From the NCBI GenBank assembly GCA_023898625.1, contig CP060231.1, forward strand, positions 545,890 through 609,889: a stretch of DNA of 64,000 nt, in the 5' to 3' direction. This DNA comes from Candidatus Nomurabacteria bacterium. GTDB taxonomy: Bacteria; Patescibacteriota; Saccharimonadia; Saccharimonadales; JAGQNJ01. The translations under genes were made by a program, and so were the position numbers. Each line of letters starts with the position of its first letter. Position 1 is the stretch's first letter. This document shows, one piece after another, positions 25,292-34,152 of this stretch. The notes below the pieces were generated by a model, which had not been told where the DNA came from, ran no database searches, and worked only from the letters and a program-made list of their open reading frames with translations.

Positions 25292-25489
25292 CTAACTTTT
25301 CTTCTGGGTGTACTTCCTGATGGCTTCAGCCAAAGCTTCATCTGATCTGGCTATTTCATTACTGCTTATCTGTATTGACTCAATAAGCTGAATTGCATGT
25401 TCACGGTTAGCATTATCAGGATCTTCAAACTCAAGATACTTTATGATCTTTGCTATGTCTTCTTCATTGATACGGTATTCATCATGCAT
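25292..25489 (-). CDS. small hypothetical protein, convergent partner of the HTH gene
   Basis: 65 aa. Its stop lies 2 nt from the HTH stop. Paralog of 38531..38737 (..DI..iikYLE...PD.ANR..A..L..). Confidence 0.6.
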   Translation of the reverse strand: MHDEYRINEEDIAKIIKYLEFEDPDNANREHAIQLIESIQISSNEIARSDEALAEAIRKYTQKKS

Positions 25490-25507
25490 ACTTGAGCCTC
25501 TAGTATA

Positions 25508-25987
25508 TCACCAGAACCTGTTATTCATCTTGGTAAACTGAATCATCTGATGTGCTAGCTCAGTCGAATTGGTACGACGCATGACTTCTCGACTCAGTGC
25601 TTGCGACAAAATGTTCAGTGAGCCCTCCCATAATATCTGCCCGTCAATAATTGCAAGCTTGCGGTGACGCATATCATTAAAGAAATAGGCTTTAACACCG
25701 TTATCTCTAAGAATTCGGATGGATTTCCAGGCTTGTATCTCTAGTAGCTTATCATGGTGACGTGGATTTCGGGTATTTACTCGAATCTTCACACCTTTTC
25801 TGGTTAGTTGATTAAATAGCCCTGCAAAGTACAGCGCTCTTTTTTCGGTCAAGAACGGGCTTTCAATAACTACCACTGATTGTGCTCTTTTCACATCTCG
25901 CACAAATGCGTTATAGAAGGAGTGCTCACTGTATAGCGAGGTATTTGTTAGCACGGCCTTTGGCGTCCTACGAAGCAACCTAAACAT
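25508..25987 (-). CDS. single-HKD phospholipase-D-family (Nuc-like) nuclease
   Basis: 159 aa. HKD motif HRKLAIID followed by GSLNILS. Its start overlaps the recombinase stop by 8 nt. Confidence 0.75.
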   Translation of the reverse strand: MFRLLRRTPKAVLTNTSLYSEHSFYNAFVRDVKRAQSVVVIESPFLTEKRALYFAGLFNQLTRKGVKIRVNTRNPRHHDKLLEIQAWKSIRILRDNGVKAYFFNDMRHRKLAIIDGQILWEGSLNILSQALSREVMRRTNSTELAHQMIQFTKMNNRFW

Positions 25988-27758
25988 TGTTATTCTCCTG
26001 AACCGTGAGTTTATTCGCTAGTTCCTCCAGTTCACGATAAAAGATTTCGGAATGAGTACCCTTTAGGTTCACCACAAGGGACTCAAGACTTTCTTGGGTC
26101 TTTTTTGTTGCTTCAAAACAGAGGTCAAGTGGCAATAAGGAAGGTGTTCCAGAATTTATTTCCGAGTATCTTGGGATCCGGTCAAAAAGTACACCAAAGA
26201 ACTGAGCTTTTTTGACTGGATCAATCTGTTTAAGCATCAATTTGTCCATATTTTCCAGAAAGAATTTCACCCTCGAAACAATTCGTTCTATTTTACTCAT
26301 GTCTACACCTGCTATGGCTTTCTTGTCGGACTCTAGCTGCTGTATCTGTGTTTCGATATGCATTAAATCTTCCTCCATATATTTTATTGCTGTCGCCGAT
26401 GTTAGTGACTTCATGCTTTGGAGTGTTTGTCGCAGCTCGGCTTTTAGGTCGACGATACGCTCATTATAGTTTTCAAGTACTTTCTCAGTATGTTGCTGAC
26501 GCTTTTCCCACTCGGCTAGAACTGCATCGGTAAGCATAGTGATTTGCTCCTGAGAGGGTTTTATGAGACTAATAAACTCAGTTACCGTAGCTTCAAGCTC
26601 ATCTTTTGGCACTCGAAAGTAGTGGCCATGATTGCTACAGTGATATGCTGGGTAGTATTTGCCGTTCTTGCCACGCGATGCACTGCCGAGTAATGGTCGA
26701 CCACATTTTGAACAGCCCACAAAACGCTTATACGGAAAGTCCGGGCTGCGCACTCCGGCATTAACGATCACTCGTTCTGAATCTTTAGTCAAGAACTCAA
26801 TATCGTCACCATTTTCTACCAAGGTCACTTTACCCTTGTTGGCTCGATTGAAAAGCTCAATACTCACCAGCCCCTCGAAGGCACATTTAACCGGCTTACC
26901 CTCCGTCCACTTCTCTACATTTATACCAGCGTATATCGGATGACGAATTATCTTCCATAACGCTTTCGGACCGAGAGGATCGCCACCGGTTTTAGAGATA
27001 ATCCGTGTACGATCATGCTTGCTTCGTTTGTAGCGTGTACGGGTCTTGAATCCAAGCGCGTTTAATTGTGCACATATCTCGGTATCTGTATACGCACCAA
27101 GCGCTCGTATCTCGAACAGCTTACGAAGTAGCGGCGCCTCCTTGGGGTGTGGCTTTAAGATAGTTCGCTTGCCGTTACGAGTTTCGACTTTTTCGCTGAT
27201 ATAGCCGTAGGGTGCTTGACGCATCCAGTAGCCGAGGCGTGTGTAGCGAACTTCGGCACCAATCATACGGCTTAGAATGTCGCGCAGCTCATCTTTGGCT
27301 CGTTCAGCCTCAAGATACTCAGTCTTCTGACTAGGGGAGTATTTACTCCAGCTATACTCGACGCCGAGGTGCTCAAGGGTGTTTACCTTTTATGAGCTGA
27401 TCACGCCATAGATATCCACCAGAGATATGTCGAGTTTTTCGAGTTGTAGTTTCAATTGGTCATAAGGCGAACCGCCACCACGTGTGAACCGGTCAATCGA
27501 TTTGATTATGAAATACTGAATATTGTTCTTTCGGTCTTTGCAGTAGTTGATGGCTTGTTGCATTGGCTGCTTTTCTTTTGAGCCAGACTCCAGAAAGACA
27601 AACTGTTCCTTGACATGGATATTATGTGTTTCGGCGTAACGAAGAAGCTGCTCGCGCTGTGCCTCGGGGGAGTCACCATCCGTACCTTGCCTAGTTGTAC
27701 TAACGCGAATAGCAATAACAGCGTTTGGCTTCAGTCTTGGTTGCATAATTCCTCGCAT
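25980..27758 (-). pseudogene. large serine recombinase (element 2) interrupted by one in-frame TAA
   Basis: Track ORFs 27390..27758 (resolvase domain, AIRVSTTRQGTDGDSPEAQ) and 25980..27266 are in the same frame. Across the gap the sequence reads YGVISS*KVNTLEHLG, against YGVISQEKVNTLEHLG in the element 1 paralog. The stop is TAA at 27392-27390. Confidence 0.8.
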
Positions 27759-27868
27759 ATTATGTCTGTGAGTAGGATTGCCAGTACCTCGATCCGCTCA
27801 TCAGGCGTCATTTCAAAGACTTCTGGAAGCTTGATTTCTTTATTGCTTGACCCTACTGTTCTAGCCAT
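27731..27868 (-). CDS. small ORF (45 aa) overlapping the recombinase start; paralog of 16214..16327
   Basis: MARTVGSSNKEIKLPEVFEMTPDERIEVLAILLTDIICEELCNQD shares the DE.I..LA..L......EE pattern with the element 1 small ORF. Confidence 0.35.
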   Translation of the reverse strand: MARTVGSSNKEIKLPEVFEMTPDERIEVLAILLTDIICEELCNQD

Positions 27869-28071
27869 AATTTTTTACCCCCGGTACTAGTTTAAACTAT
27901 CCTTCATAGGTATAGTATAGCACCTATATAAGGATAGTTGCAATAGTTTTTATGCTTAAAATTGTCTATTAAAATCCCCACTAAGGACAGTGCGGTATAT
28001 TTACTTATTTAATCTGTTAACTATTTACTTTTATATTCTCTTCTTTTATATATACATATAGGAGAAAAAAC

Positions 28072-28860
28072 ATGAGACGCGTCGAAGTGAAGACTAGGTA
28101 CACAATTAGTAAATCGCAGGAGTCTATATTACGGGCTTTATACAAATATCGATTCTTAACCAGTGATCTATTAGCAGCATTACTGAAAAAAGATAGATCA
28201 ACTATTTATGAGAGATTGGCAGTATTAGTAGATCAGGGTTATGTAGCAAGGAAGTATAATAGTACCTATAGAATAGACAGACGACCAGCCGCCTATTACT
28301 TAGCACCTGCTGGGATACGCCACTTAAAGAAGGCTGGCTTTAGTCGTACACAGATACATTACAAAAGCAAAGACTTTACTGAATCACAGATCGATGAATA
28401 CTACCGCTATCCCAAGCTTAGTATGGCTGTGCAGAGAAACTACCCTCAGACATTCTATACAATTACAAAATATCAGCTAGATCCAGAAGAATATATCAAG
28501 CCCCTGCCTTGGATACTGCTAGAGTCATATAATGAAGGTATACCGTCCTTCTTCATGGAATATATACCAGCTGGTGAACAGAGCTGGATTATTCGGAAAC
28601 GTATCAATGCTCACATAGACTACGCCGATGAGGAGGCTGAATATACCTATCCATATTTATTATTGGTGGCTGGCAACGAAAATACTGAGAAACGGATTAT
28701 TAAGATGTCGACAGACCTTATATGGGACTCCGAGCTATACACCACAACAGAGGAGAGACTACTGAGTGGCAAGAAAGAGGTTTGGCTACTGCCGCAGGAG
28801 GTAGACTTGGATGAAGATCTGGTGTACCACTCCTTGCCAATGGAATACGAGGAAGACTAA
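28072..28860 (+). CDS. replication-relaxation family protein (element 2)
   Basis: 262 aa. ISKSQESILRALYKYRFLTSDLLA..LAVLVDQGYVA..RRPAAYYLAPAG is colinear with 16523..17257. Confidence 0.7.
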   Translation: MRRVEVKTRYTISKSQESILRALYKYRFLTSDLLAALLKKDRSTIYERLAVLVDQGYVARKYNSTYRIDRRPAAYYLAPAGIRHLKKAGFSRTQIHYKSKDFTESQIDEYYRYPKLSMAVQRNYPQTFYTITKYQLDPEEYIKPLPWILLESYNEGIPSFFMEYIPAGEQSWIIRKRINAHIDYADEEAEYTYPYLLLVAGNENTEKRIIKMSTDLIWDSELYTTTEERLLSGKKEVWLLPQEVDLDEDLVYHSLPMEYEED

Positions 28861-29034
28861 ACGCCTAGCAGCTTACAGCGGATACTAGCTGGTATGTTAT
28901 CTAAATGTACAATATCATATCTGTAAAAGTGAGATGTATTTTAAATGTTAAGTTAGATACAACCCCTGTTAATTATATAATTTTGTTAGATAATATAAGT
29001 CTTACAGGTGAGATATTGTGTTACAATATAAGTT

Positions 29035-30195
29035 ATGATTAAGATGCCAGCACCAAACTATAACTCCAAGCTTACGGATATTATTATTCAGCTAGAGCAT
29101 TTGCGTGGTCGTAGTATCTCTAGCACTACGAGTCAACAGGTATTCGTGCAGCTTAAGAGCTTATTTCACATTATTGAGGCATTGTCATCAGCCCGTATAG
29201 AGGGCAATCACACTACGCTGGCTGGATTCGTAGAAAAACGTGTTCAAAAAGATAAAAGTAGCCAAGCGAAAGATGAAAGCATGAAAGAGATTATCAATCT
29301 CATGCAGGCTTTAGACTTTATTGATGAGCATATTGCCGATACTGAGATAGATAAAGGCTTTACGCTAGAACTTCACAGAATTGTTGTAGACGGTCTTACC
29401 CGTGAGGGAGATTCTAACGCTGGTAACTATCGCAGTAGTGAACGCAGTATTGCAGGATCAGACCATGTTTTGCCAAGTCACTACGATATCCCTGATTTAA
29501 TGGAGGAACTATTCGACTATATCAACGATGAGGCGAATAGCCGTGACGAATTACTCAAGATCGCTCTCACGCATCACCGATTTGTCTGGATTCATCCATT
29601 TGGCAATGGTAACGGCCGTACTGTTCGTTTACTTACCTATGCCATGCTATGCAAAAAAGGCTATATTGAGCCAAATGTACTGCGTTTATTCAATCCTACA
29701 GCGGTTTTTGCTGGTGATCGCCAGAAATATTATGACATGCTAGAGCGTGCCGATAAGGGCACGGATAAAGGTCTTCTCGGCTGGTGTGAATACTTCTTAA
29801 GTGGTATCAAAGACGAAACTGAAAAAACACTGCGTCTAGCTGATAGTAACTTCGTTAATAGCAAATTACTGCTACCAGCTGTATCTCGCTTAAATTCCGC
29901 TGGTGTACTCACGAAACTTGAAACAAGTATCTTAGAGAGAGCTATCCGTAAAAAAACTATCCGAGCGTCAGATATTGCTGATTTGTGGGATAAAGATGTT
30001 ACATCTGGTGCAATTGCCAACCAAATCAGGCGTATGCGCGAAGCTGGCTATCTAAAGGCTGAAAAAGAAGGTGGCCGTGAATACAGCATAAACTTCATAG
30101 ACAACCAACTAACCCGCCTTGTTCTTGATCAGATGGAAAACGAAAGACTACTACCGATTCGAGTAGACGAAATGGTGAGCGGAGAAAATAAATAG
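29035..30195 (+). CDS. Fic-family protein (class II-like, N-terminal inhibitory helix) with C-terminal winged-helix domain
   Basis: Fic motif HPFGNGNGRTVR, with N in place of the usual D/E. The [ST]xxxE[GN] inhibitory motif is SARIEGN, upstream. C-terminal ..IANQIRRMREAGYLKAEKEGGREYS is wHTH-like. Stop TAG abuts the next ATG. Confidence 0.85.
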   Translation: MIKMPAPNYNSKLTDIIIQLEHLRGRSISSTTSQQVFVQLKSLFHIIEALSSARIEGNHTTLAGFVEKRVQKDKSSQAKDESMKEIINLMQALDFIDEHIADTEIDKGFTLELHRIVVDGLTREGDSNAGNYRSSERSIAGSDHVLPSHYDIPDLMEELFDYINDEANSRDELLKIALTHHRFVWIHPFGNGNGRTVRLLTYAMLCKKGYIEPNVLRLFNPTAVFAGDRQKYYDMLERADKGTDKGLLGWCEYFLSGIKDETEKTLRLADSNFVNSKLLLPAVSRLNSAGVLTKLETSILERAIRKKTIRASDIADLWDKDVTSGAIANQIRRMREAGYLKAEKEGGREYSINFIDNQLTRLVLDQMENERLLPIRVDEMVSGENK

Positions 30196-33100
30196 ATGGG
30201 ACTAAGGGTATATAAAGGTCGTGCGGCTAAAAGTACTGAGAACACATTTTTTAGAGAATTCGCAGAGAAGCTATCTTTGTTGTTCGACCAAAAAGAAATA
30301 ACCGGTGTTCTGATAGGATTTCCTGAGTGCAAGGCAGATGCCACCCTGGCTCCAGACGTCCTATTGATGACGGGGCACGCAGTATTACTAATAGATCTAA
30401 AAAATTATTCAGACGGCGGAACTGTAATGTTACCATCTGAAGATTATTTTGATAATGGATCATGGTTATTTAAGAATAACAGCGAAGAAGTTATCATCAA
30501 GGGCGGTTCATATTCAAATCCATTCAAACAGGTAGGTCGGCAGCGATTCAAGATGATCGATTTGATACAAGAATCAGTACAGGGATTTAACCCGAGACAT
30601 TTGACCACTGGCGTGATATTCCAAAATGACGTTAAGATTCAAGGCTCGGTAGTTCGTAAGTGGCGAAATATGTTCTTCGTTGGCGACGTTAAATCGTACA
30701 CAAATGATATTTACGATTTCATAAATGTCATTGATGATGAAATATCCCTTACGCCAGAGACGATGAGTCAAATAAGAGATTATTTTGATGCTGAAGAATA
30801 CGAAATCAATATAGATACCTCTTCTGCTAAAGCGGTACAGGTTGTCGATAAACAGCCAGTATCTCGTTCATCTGCGCCTACTATAATTACTAACAATCCA
30901 GACACTATGGAGCAGGCGCTTCAGAATGATCTTAAGCAAGCTAAAAGTATAGATATTGCAACCGCATATTTTTATTTTTCTGGCTTTCGTAGGCTAGCCA
31001 AGGAGTTGAAAGACGTCAAAATTCGTATACTTGTTGGCAAGGCTATAGATCCAAGGCGGATTGATGAAATCGCTGCCTGGCTCAAGCAGGATCCAAATGT
31101 GTCGCTAGATACATTTCAGCTACCTCCCGGTAAGTCGAAGACTGGGCGCAAGCAAGACTATGTTGATGGTTTTATTGAGCTTTATAATAAATCAGCTTTG
31201 TCAGATCAATTCGATGACACCGAGGCGCAAGAGATGCAGCGCATTTTTGAGGATAAATTAAAAGACGGATCTCTTGAAATACGCATGACAGAGAAACAGA
31301 ATCCTCAGCACGGTAAAATCTATGTCCTGGATAATGGCGCCACCTACATGGGCTCATCGAATTTTACATATTCAGGACTACTAGGTCAGGGCGAAATCAA
31401 TGAGCGCCACAATGACTCCGAACACCACACCAAGTACAAGGGCCTGTTCGAAAAATTATGGGATGACGGCGAAAACATAGATATCCAAACATCTACCAGC
31501 AACTCTGACTTCTTAAAGCAAATCGAAGATCGTCTGTGGCTACATTCTACACCTGATCCGTATAAAGTGTTTGTGCGTATTCTCCACGAGATGTATGCAG
31601 AGAACGAAGAGCTAGAAGAAGTTAAAAGTCCATCGGTTATAACCGAAGGTAGATTCTCTAATCTCAAGTATCAATTGGATGCTATTAAGGGCGGAATAGA
31701 TAGGATCAGTAAGTACAATGGTGTAATTGTGGCAGATGTGGTTGGTCTAGGTAAGTCAATTATCGCCTCTGCAATTGCCCATAATCTTGGCATGCGTACT
31801 ATTATAATTACCCCTCCTCACCTAATGAGCCAGTGGCAAGATTATGTAAGTGAGTTTAATATTCCGGGCGCAATTGTCGAGAGTGGCGGAAAAATAGAAA
31901 AACTTCACAGCGATCACGCTACATCGGAAACACCATATCTTTACATCATAGATGAGGCGCATCGTTACAGAAATGAGACTACCCAAGATTATGTTTGGCT
32001 TCATCAACTTACGAGATCACACGTTGAAAACAAAGTTGTGTTACTAACTGCAACACCGTATAACAATCGACCACAAGATTTATTTGCCATGATTAAATTA
32101 TTCCAGACCCCAAGCAAGTCTACGTTAAATACCGTAGACAACTTAAGTGTACGATTTAGAGGGCTGATAACTGAATATCAACGGCTAGAACGTATTGGCA
32201 AAAAGCATATGACTATAGACATCAAGAATCAGCTAAGTGATTTGGGGTCTGAGTTGCGTCGCATAATCGAACCGGTTGTTATACGTCGTTCCCGTATTGA
32301 TCTAAGGCAAATCAAGGAATATGCCGACGATCTAAAAGCGCAAAATATCGAGTTCCCTGAAGTAGTCGGTCCGGAACTCATAGAATACGAACTCGGTGAC
32401 CTAAAGCAGAAGTATATCGATACACTGGTTAGTATAGTTCGTGAAAAAGAAGAACATGGTTTTATAGGCGCTCGTTATATGCCGTCAACCTACATGAAAT
32501 CTGATATGGAAGACGCCTTTAAAGAAAAATACGGACATTTCTTCGATGTTAGTGATCTAGCAACTCCTCAACGTAACTTGGCTTCATTTATGAAAAGTCT
32601 GCTTGTGCAACGATTTGAAAGTTCTAAATACGCCTTCAAATCTACACTCACAAAGATACATCACTCAAACGAAATGATCGTTAAGTGGTGGGAAGCCAAG
32701 GGTATGGTGCCTATTCTTAAAAAAGGTGAATTAGTCGATCCTGAGGACGAAAGTATTGAAGAAATTATGGCACAGATTGACGCTGGCATTGACGATTTAT
32801 CTGAAGAAGCTATAAATCGCATTAAAAAGATCGCCGTGCCGATTCCAAAGAGTTACTTTCAGCCAAGTTTTATTGAAGACGTGAAACAAGATATAAAACT
32901 GTTGGAACAAATTTATGGTGACTGGTTTATCGATGATGACATTGGCCATGATCCAAAGTTAGAAGAGGTTCGCGAAAAGATACAGCAGATGCTCGCAGAA
33001 AATCCTAACCGAAAAATCGTTATATTCTCTATGTATTCAGACACCGCACAGTATGTATATAAATCTTTAATCAATAGTGGTTTCGAGAGAACACTCTTCT

Positions 33101-34152
33101 ACTATGGTGGATCTAGCGCAAAAGATAAACAAACAGTATCAGCTAACTTTGACGCATCGTACCCAGCGGAACGTCAGGAAAACGATTACGACATAATTGT
33201 AGCGACAGATGCATTAAGTGAAGGCTTCAACTTGCACCGGGCCGGAATTGTTATCAACTACGATATCCCGTATAACCCAACGCGAGTGGTTCAGCGTATT
33301 GGTCGTATTAATCGCATCAACAAAAAGGTCTTTGATCAAATTTATATCTACAATTGCTTCCCAACTGCTATTGGTGATGAAGTTGTCAATGTTCGTGGTA
33401 TAGCCACCCTTAAAATGCTTCTTATTAATACTATCGTTGGTAGTGATACAAAAACATTAACCGACGACGAAGATCTAAGAAGTTACTTCAAACGGCAATA
33501 CAAAGAAGCTGACGATGAGCAAAATGAAGAGTCTTGGGATAATAAATATCGCAACATCTACGATAGCGTCAAACACAATCAAGCCCTTATAGACGAAGTA
33601 ATGAAAATCCCGGAGCGTACACGGATTGTGCGCAACAACCAAAAAGAAAACAGCGCTGTATCCTTTGCTAAAAGAGGTAATGGCTTATTATTTGCTACGG
33701 CTAATGTATACGACATCGAAGCCAGTATTGTGCCTCCTGAAGTTGCCCTACCGATCTTTAGCGCAGATCCAAGCGAAACATCTAGCGAAGGAGACGCAAG
33801 TCTAGATAAAAAGTTCAAGTTACTGCATGACCAAATAATGACTACTAAACCCGCTCCAGTTGTCAAAGGGACACGCGCTGAGGCACTCACCAAGGTTCGC
33901 TTCTTGCGAGATAACTATATCCCCGAAAAAGACTTTTTGAGTGATCTGCACGACATTATTAAGAACTACGACGACCTATCAGACGGTGAAATGAAGTTTA
34001 TACGTCAGCTTAACCTAACCGACCAAACTGAAGCGGTGGAAGCTCTAAAAGATAAATTCAGCATTCATTACCTAGATAACATCAGAGACAGAGCAGATGG
34101 AATCGATAGGGCCACCGAAATAATTATGTTCACCGAGGATCTACGCAAATGA
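30196..34152 (+). CDS. NERD - PLD(HKD) - SNF2-family helicase fusion protein (1318 aa)
   Basis: NERD-like N-terminus (..VLLMTGHAVLLIDLKNYSDG..). HKD motif QHGKIYVLD..GSSNFT. SNF2 motifs ADVVGLGKS (I), YIIDEAHRYRN (II), LLTATPYNN (III), QRIGRINR (VI). Confidence 0.85.
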   Translation: MGLRVYKGRAAKSTENTFFREFAEKLSLLFDQKEITGVLIGFPECKADATLAPDVLLMTGHAVLLIDLKNYSDGGTVMLPSEDYFDNGSWLFKNNSEEVIIKGGSYSNPFKQVGRQRFKMIDLIQESVQGFNPRHLTTGVIFQNDVKIQGSVVRKWRNMFFVGDVKSYTNDIYDFINVIDDEISLTPETMSQIRDYFDAEEYEINIDTSSAKAVQVVDKQPVSRSSAPTIITNNPDTMEQALQNDLKQAKSIDIATAYFYFSGFRRLAKELKDVKIRILVGKAIDPRRIDEIAAWLKQDPNVSLDTFQLPPGKSKTGRKQDYVDGFIELYNKSALSDQFDDTEAQEMQRIFEDKLKDGSLEIRMTEKQNPQHGKIYVLDNGATYMGSSNFTYSGLLGQGEINERHNDSEHHTKYKGLFEKLWDDGENIDIQTSTSNSDFLKQIEDRLWLHSTPDPYKVFVRILHEMYAENEELEEVKSPSVITEGRFSNLKYQLDAIKGGIDRISKYNGVIVADVVGLGKSIIASAIAHNLGMRTIIITPPHLMSQWQDYVSEFNIPGAIVESGGKIEKLHSDHATSETPYLYIIDEAHRYRNETTQDYVWLHQLTRSHVENKVVLLTATPYNNRPQDLFAMIKLFQTPSKSTLNTVDNLSVRFRGLITEYQRLERIGKKHMTIDIKNQLSDLGSELRRIIEPVVIRRSRIDLRQIKEYADDLKAQNIEFPEVVGPELIEYELGDLKQKYIDTLVSIVREKEEHGFIGARYMPSTYMKSDMEDAFKEKYGHFFDVSDLATPQRNLASFMKSLLVQRFESSKYAFKSTLTKIHHSNEMIVKWWEAKGMVPILKKGELVDPEDESIEEIMAQIDAGIDDLSEEAINRIKKIAVPIPKSYFQPSFIEDVKQDIKLLEQIYGDWFIDDDIGHDPKLEEVREKIQQMLAENPNRKIVIFSMYSDTAQYVYKSLINSGFERTLFYYGGSSAKDKQTVSANFDASYPAERQENDYDIIVATDALSEGFNLHRAGIVINYDIPYNPTRVVQRIGRINRINKKVFDQIYIYNCFPTAIGDEVVNVRGIATLKMLLINTIVGSDTKTLTDDEDLRSYFKRQYKEADDEQNEESWDNKYRNIYDSVKHNQALIDEVMKIPERTRIVRNNQKENSAVSFAKRGNGLLFATANVYDIEASIVPPEVALPIFSADPSETSSEGDASLDKKFKLLHDQIMTTKPAPVVKGTRAEALTKVRFLRDNYIPEKDFLSDLHDIIKNYDDLSDGEMKFIRQLNLTDQTEAVEALKDKFSIHYLDNIRDRADGIDRATEIIMFTEDLRK

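Noticed and set aside
25487-25507. Partial resemblance (about 12 of 19 nt) of ttcatcatgcatacttgag to the tRNA-Glu anticodon region, at the junction between the two elements
   Set aside because: The match is weak and coincides with the start codon region (ATGCATGATGAA) of the 65-aa gene, so it is probably coincidental.
27390-27392. Programmed recoding or alternative genetic code at the in-frame TAA of the recombinase
   Set aside because: All other genes in the window terminate normally with TAA/TAG/TGA, and no other in-frame stops were seen. A simple nonsense mutation (or a sequencing error) is the more economical explanation.
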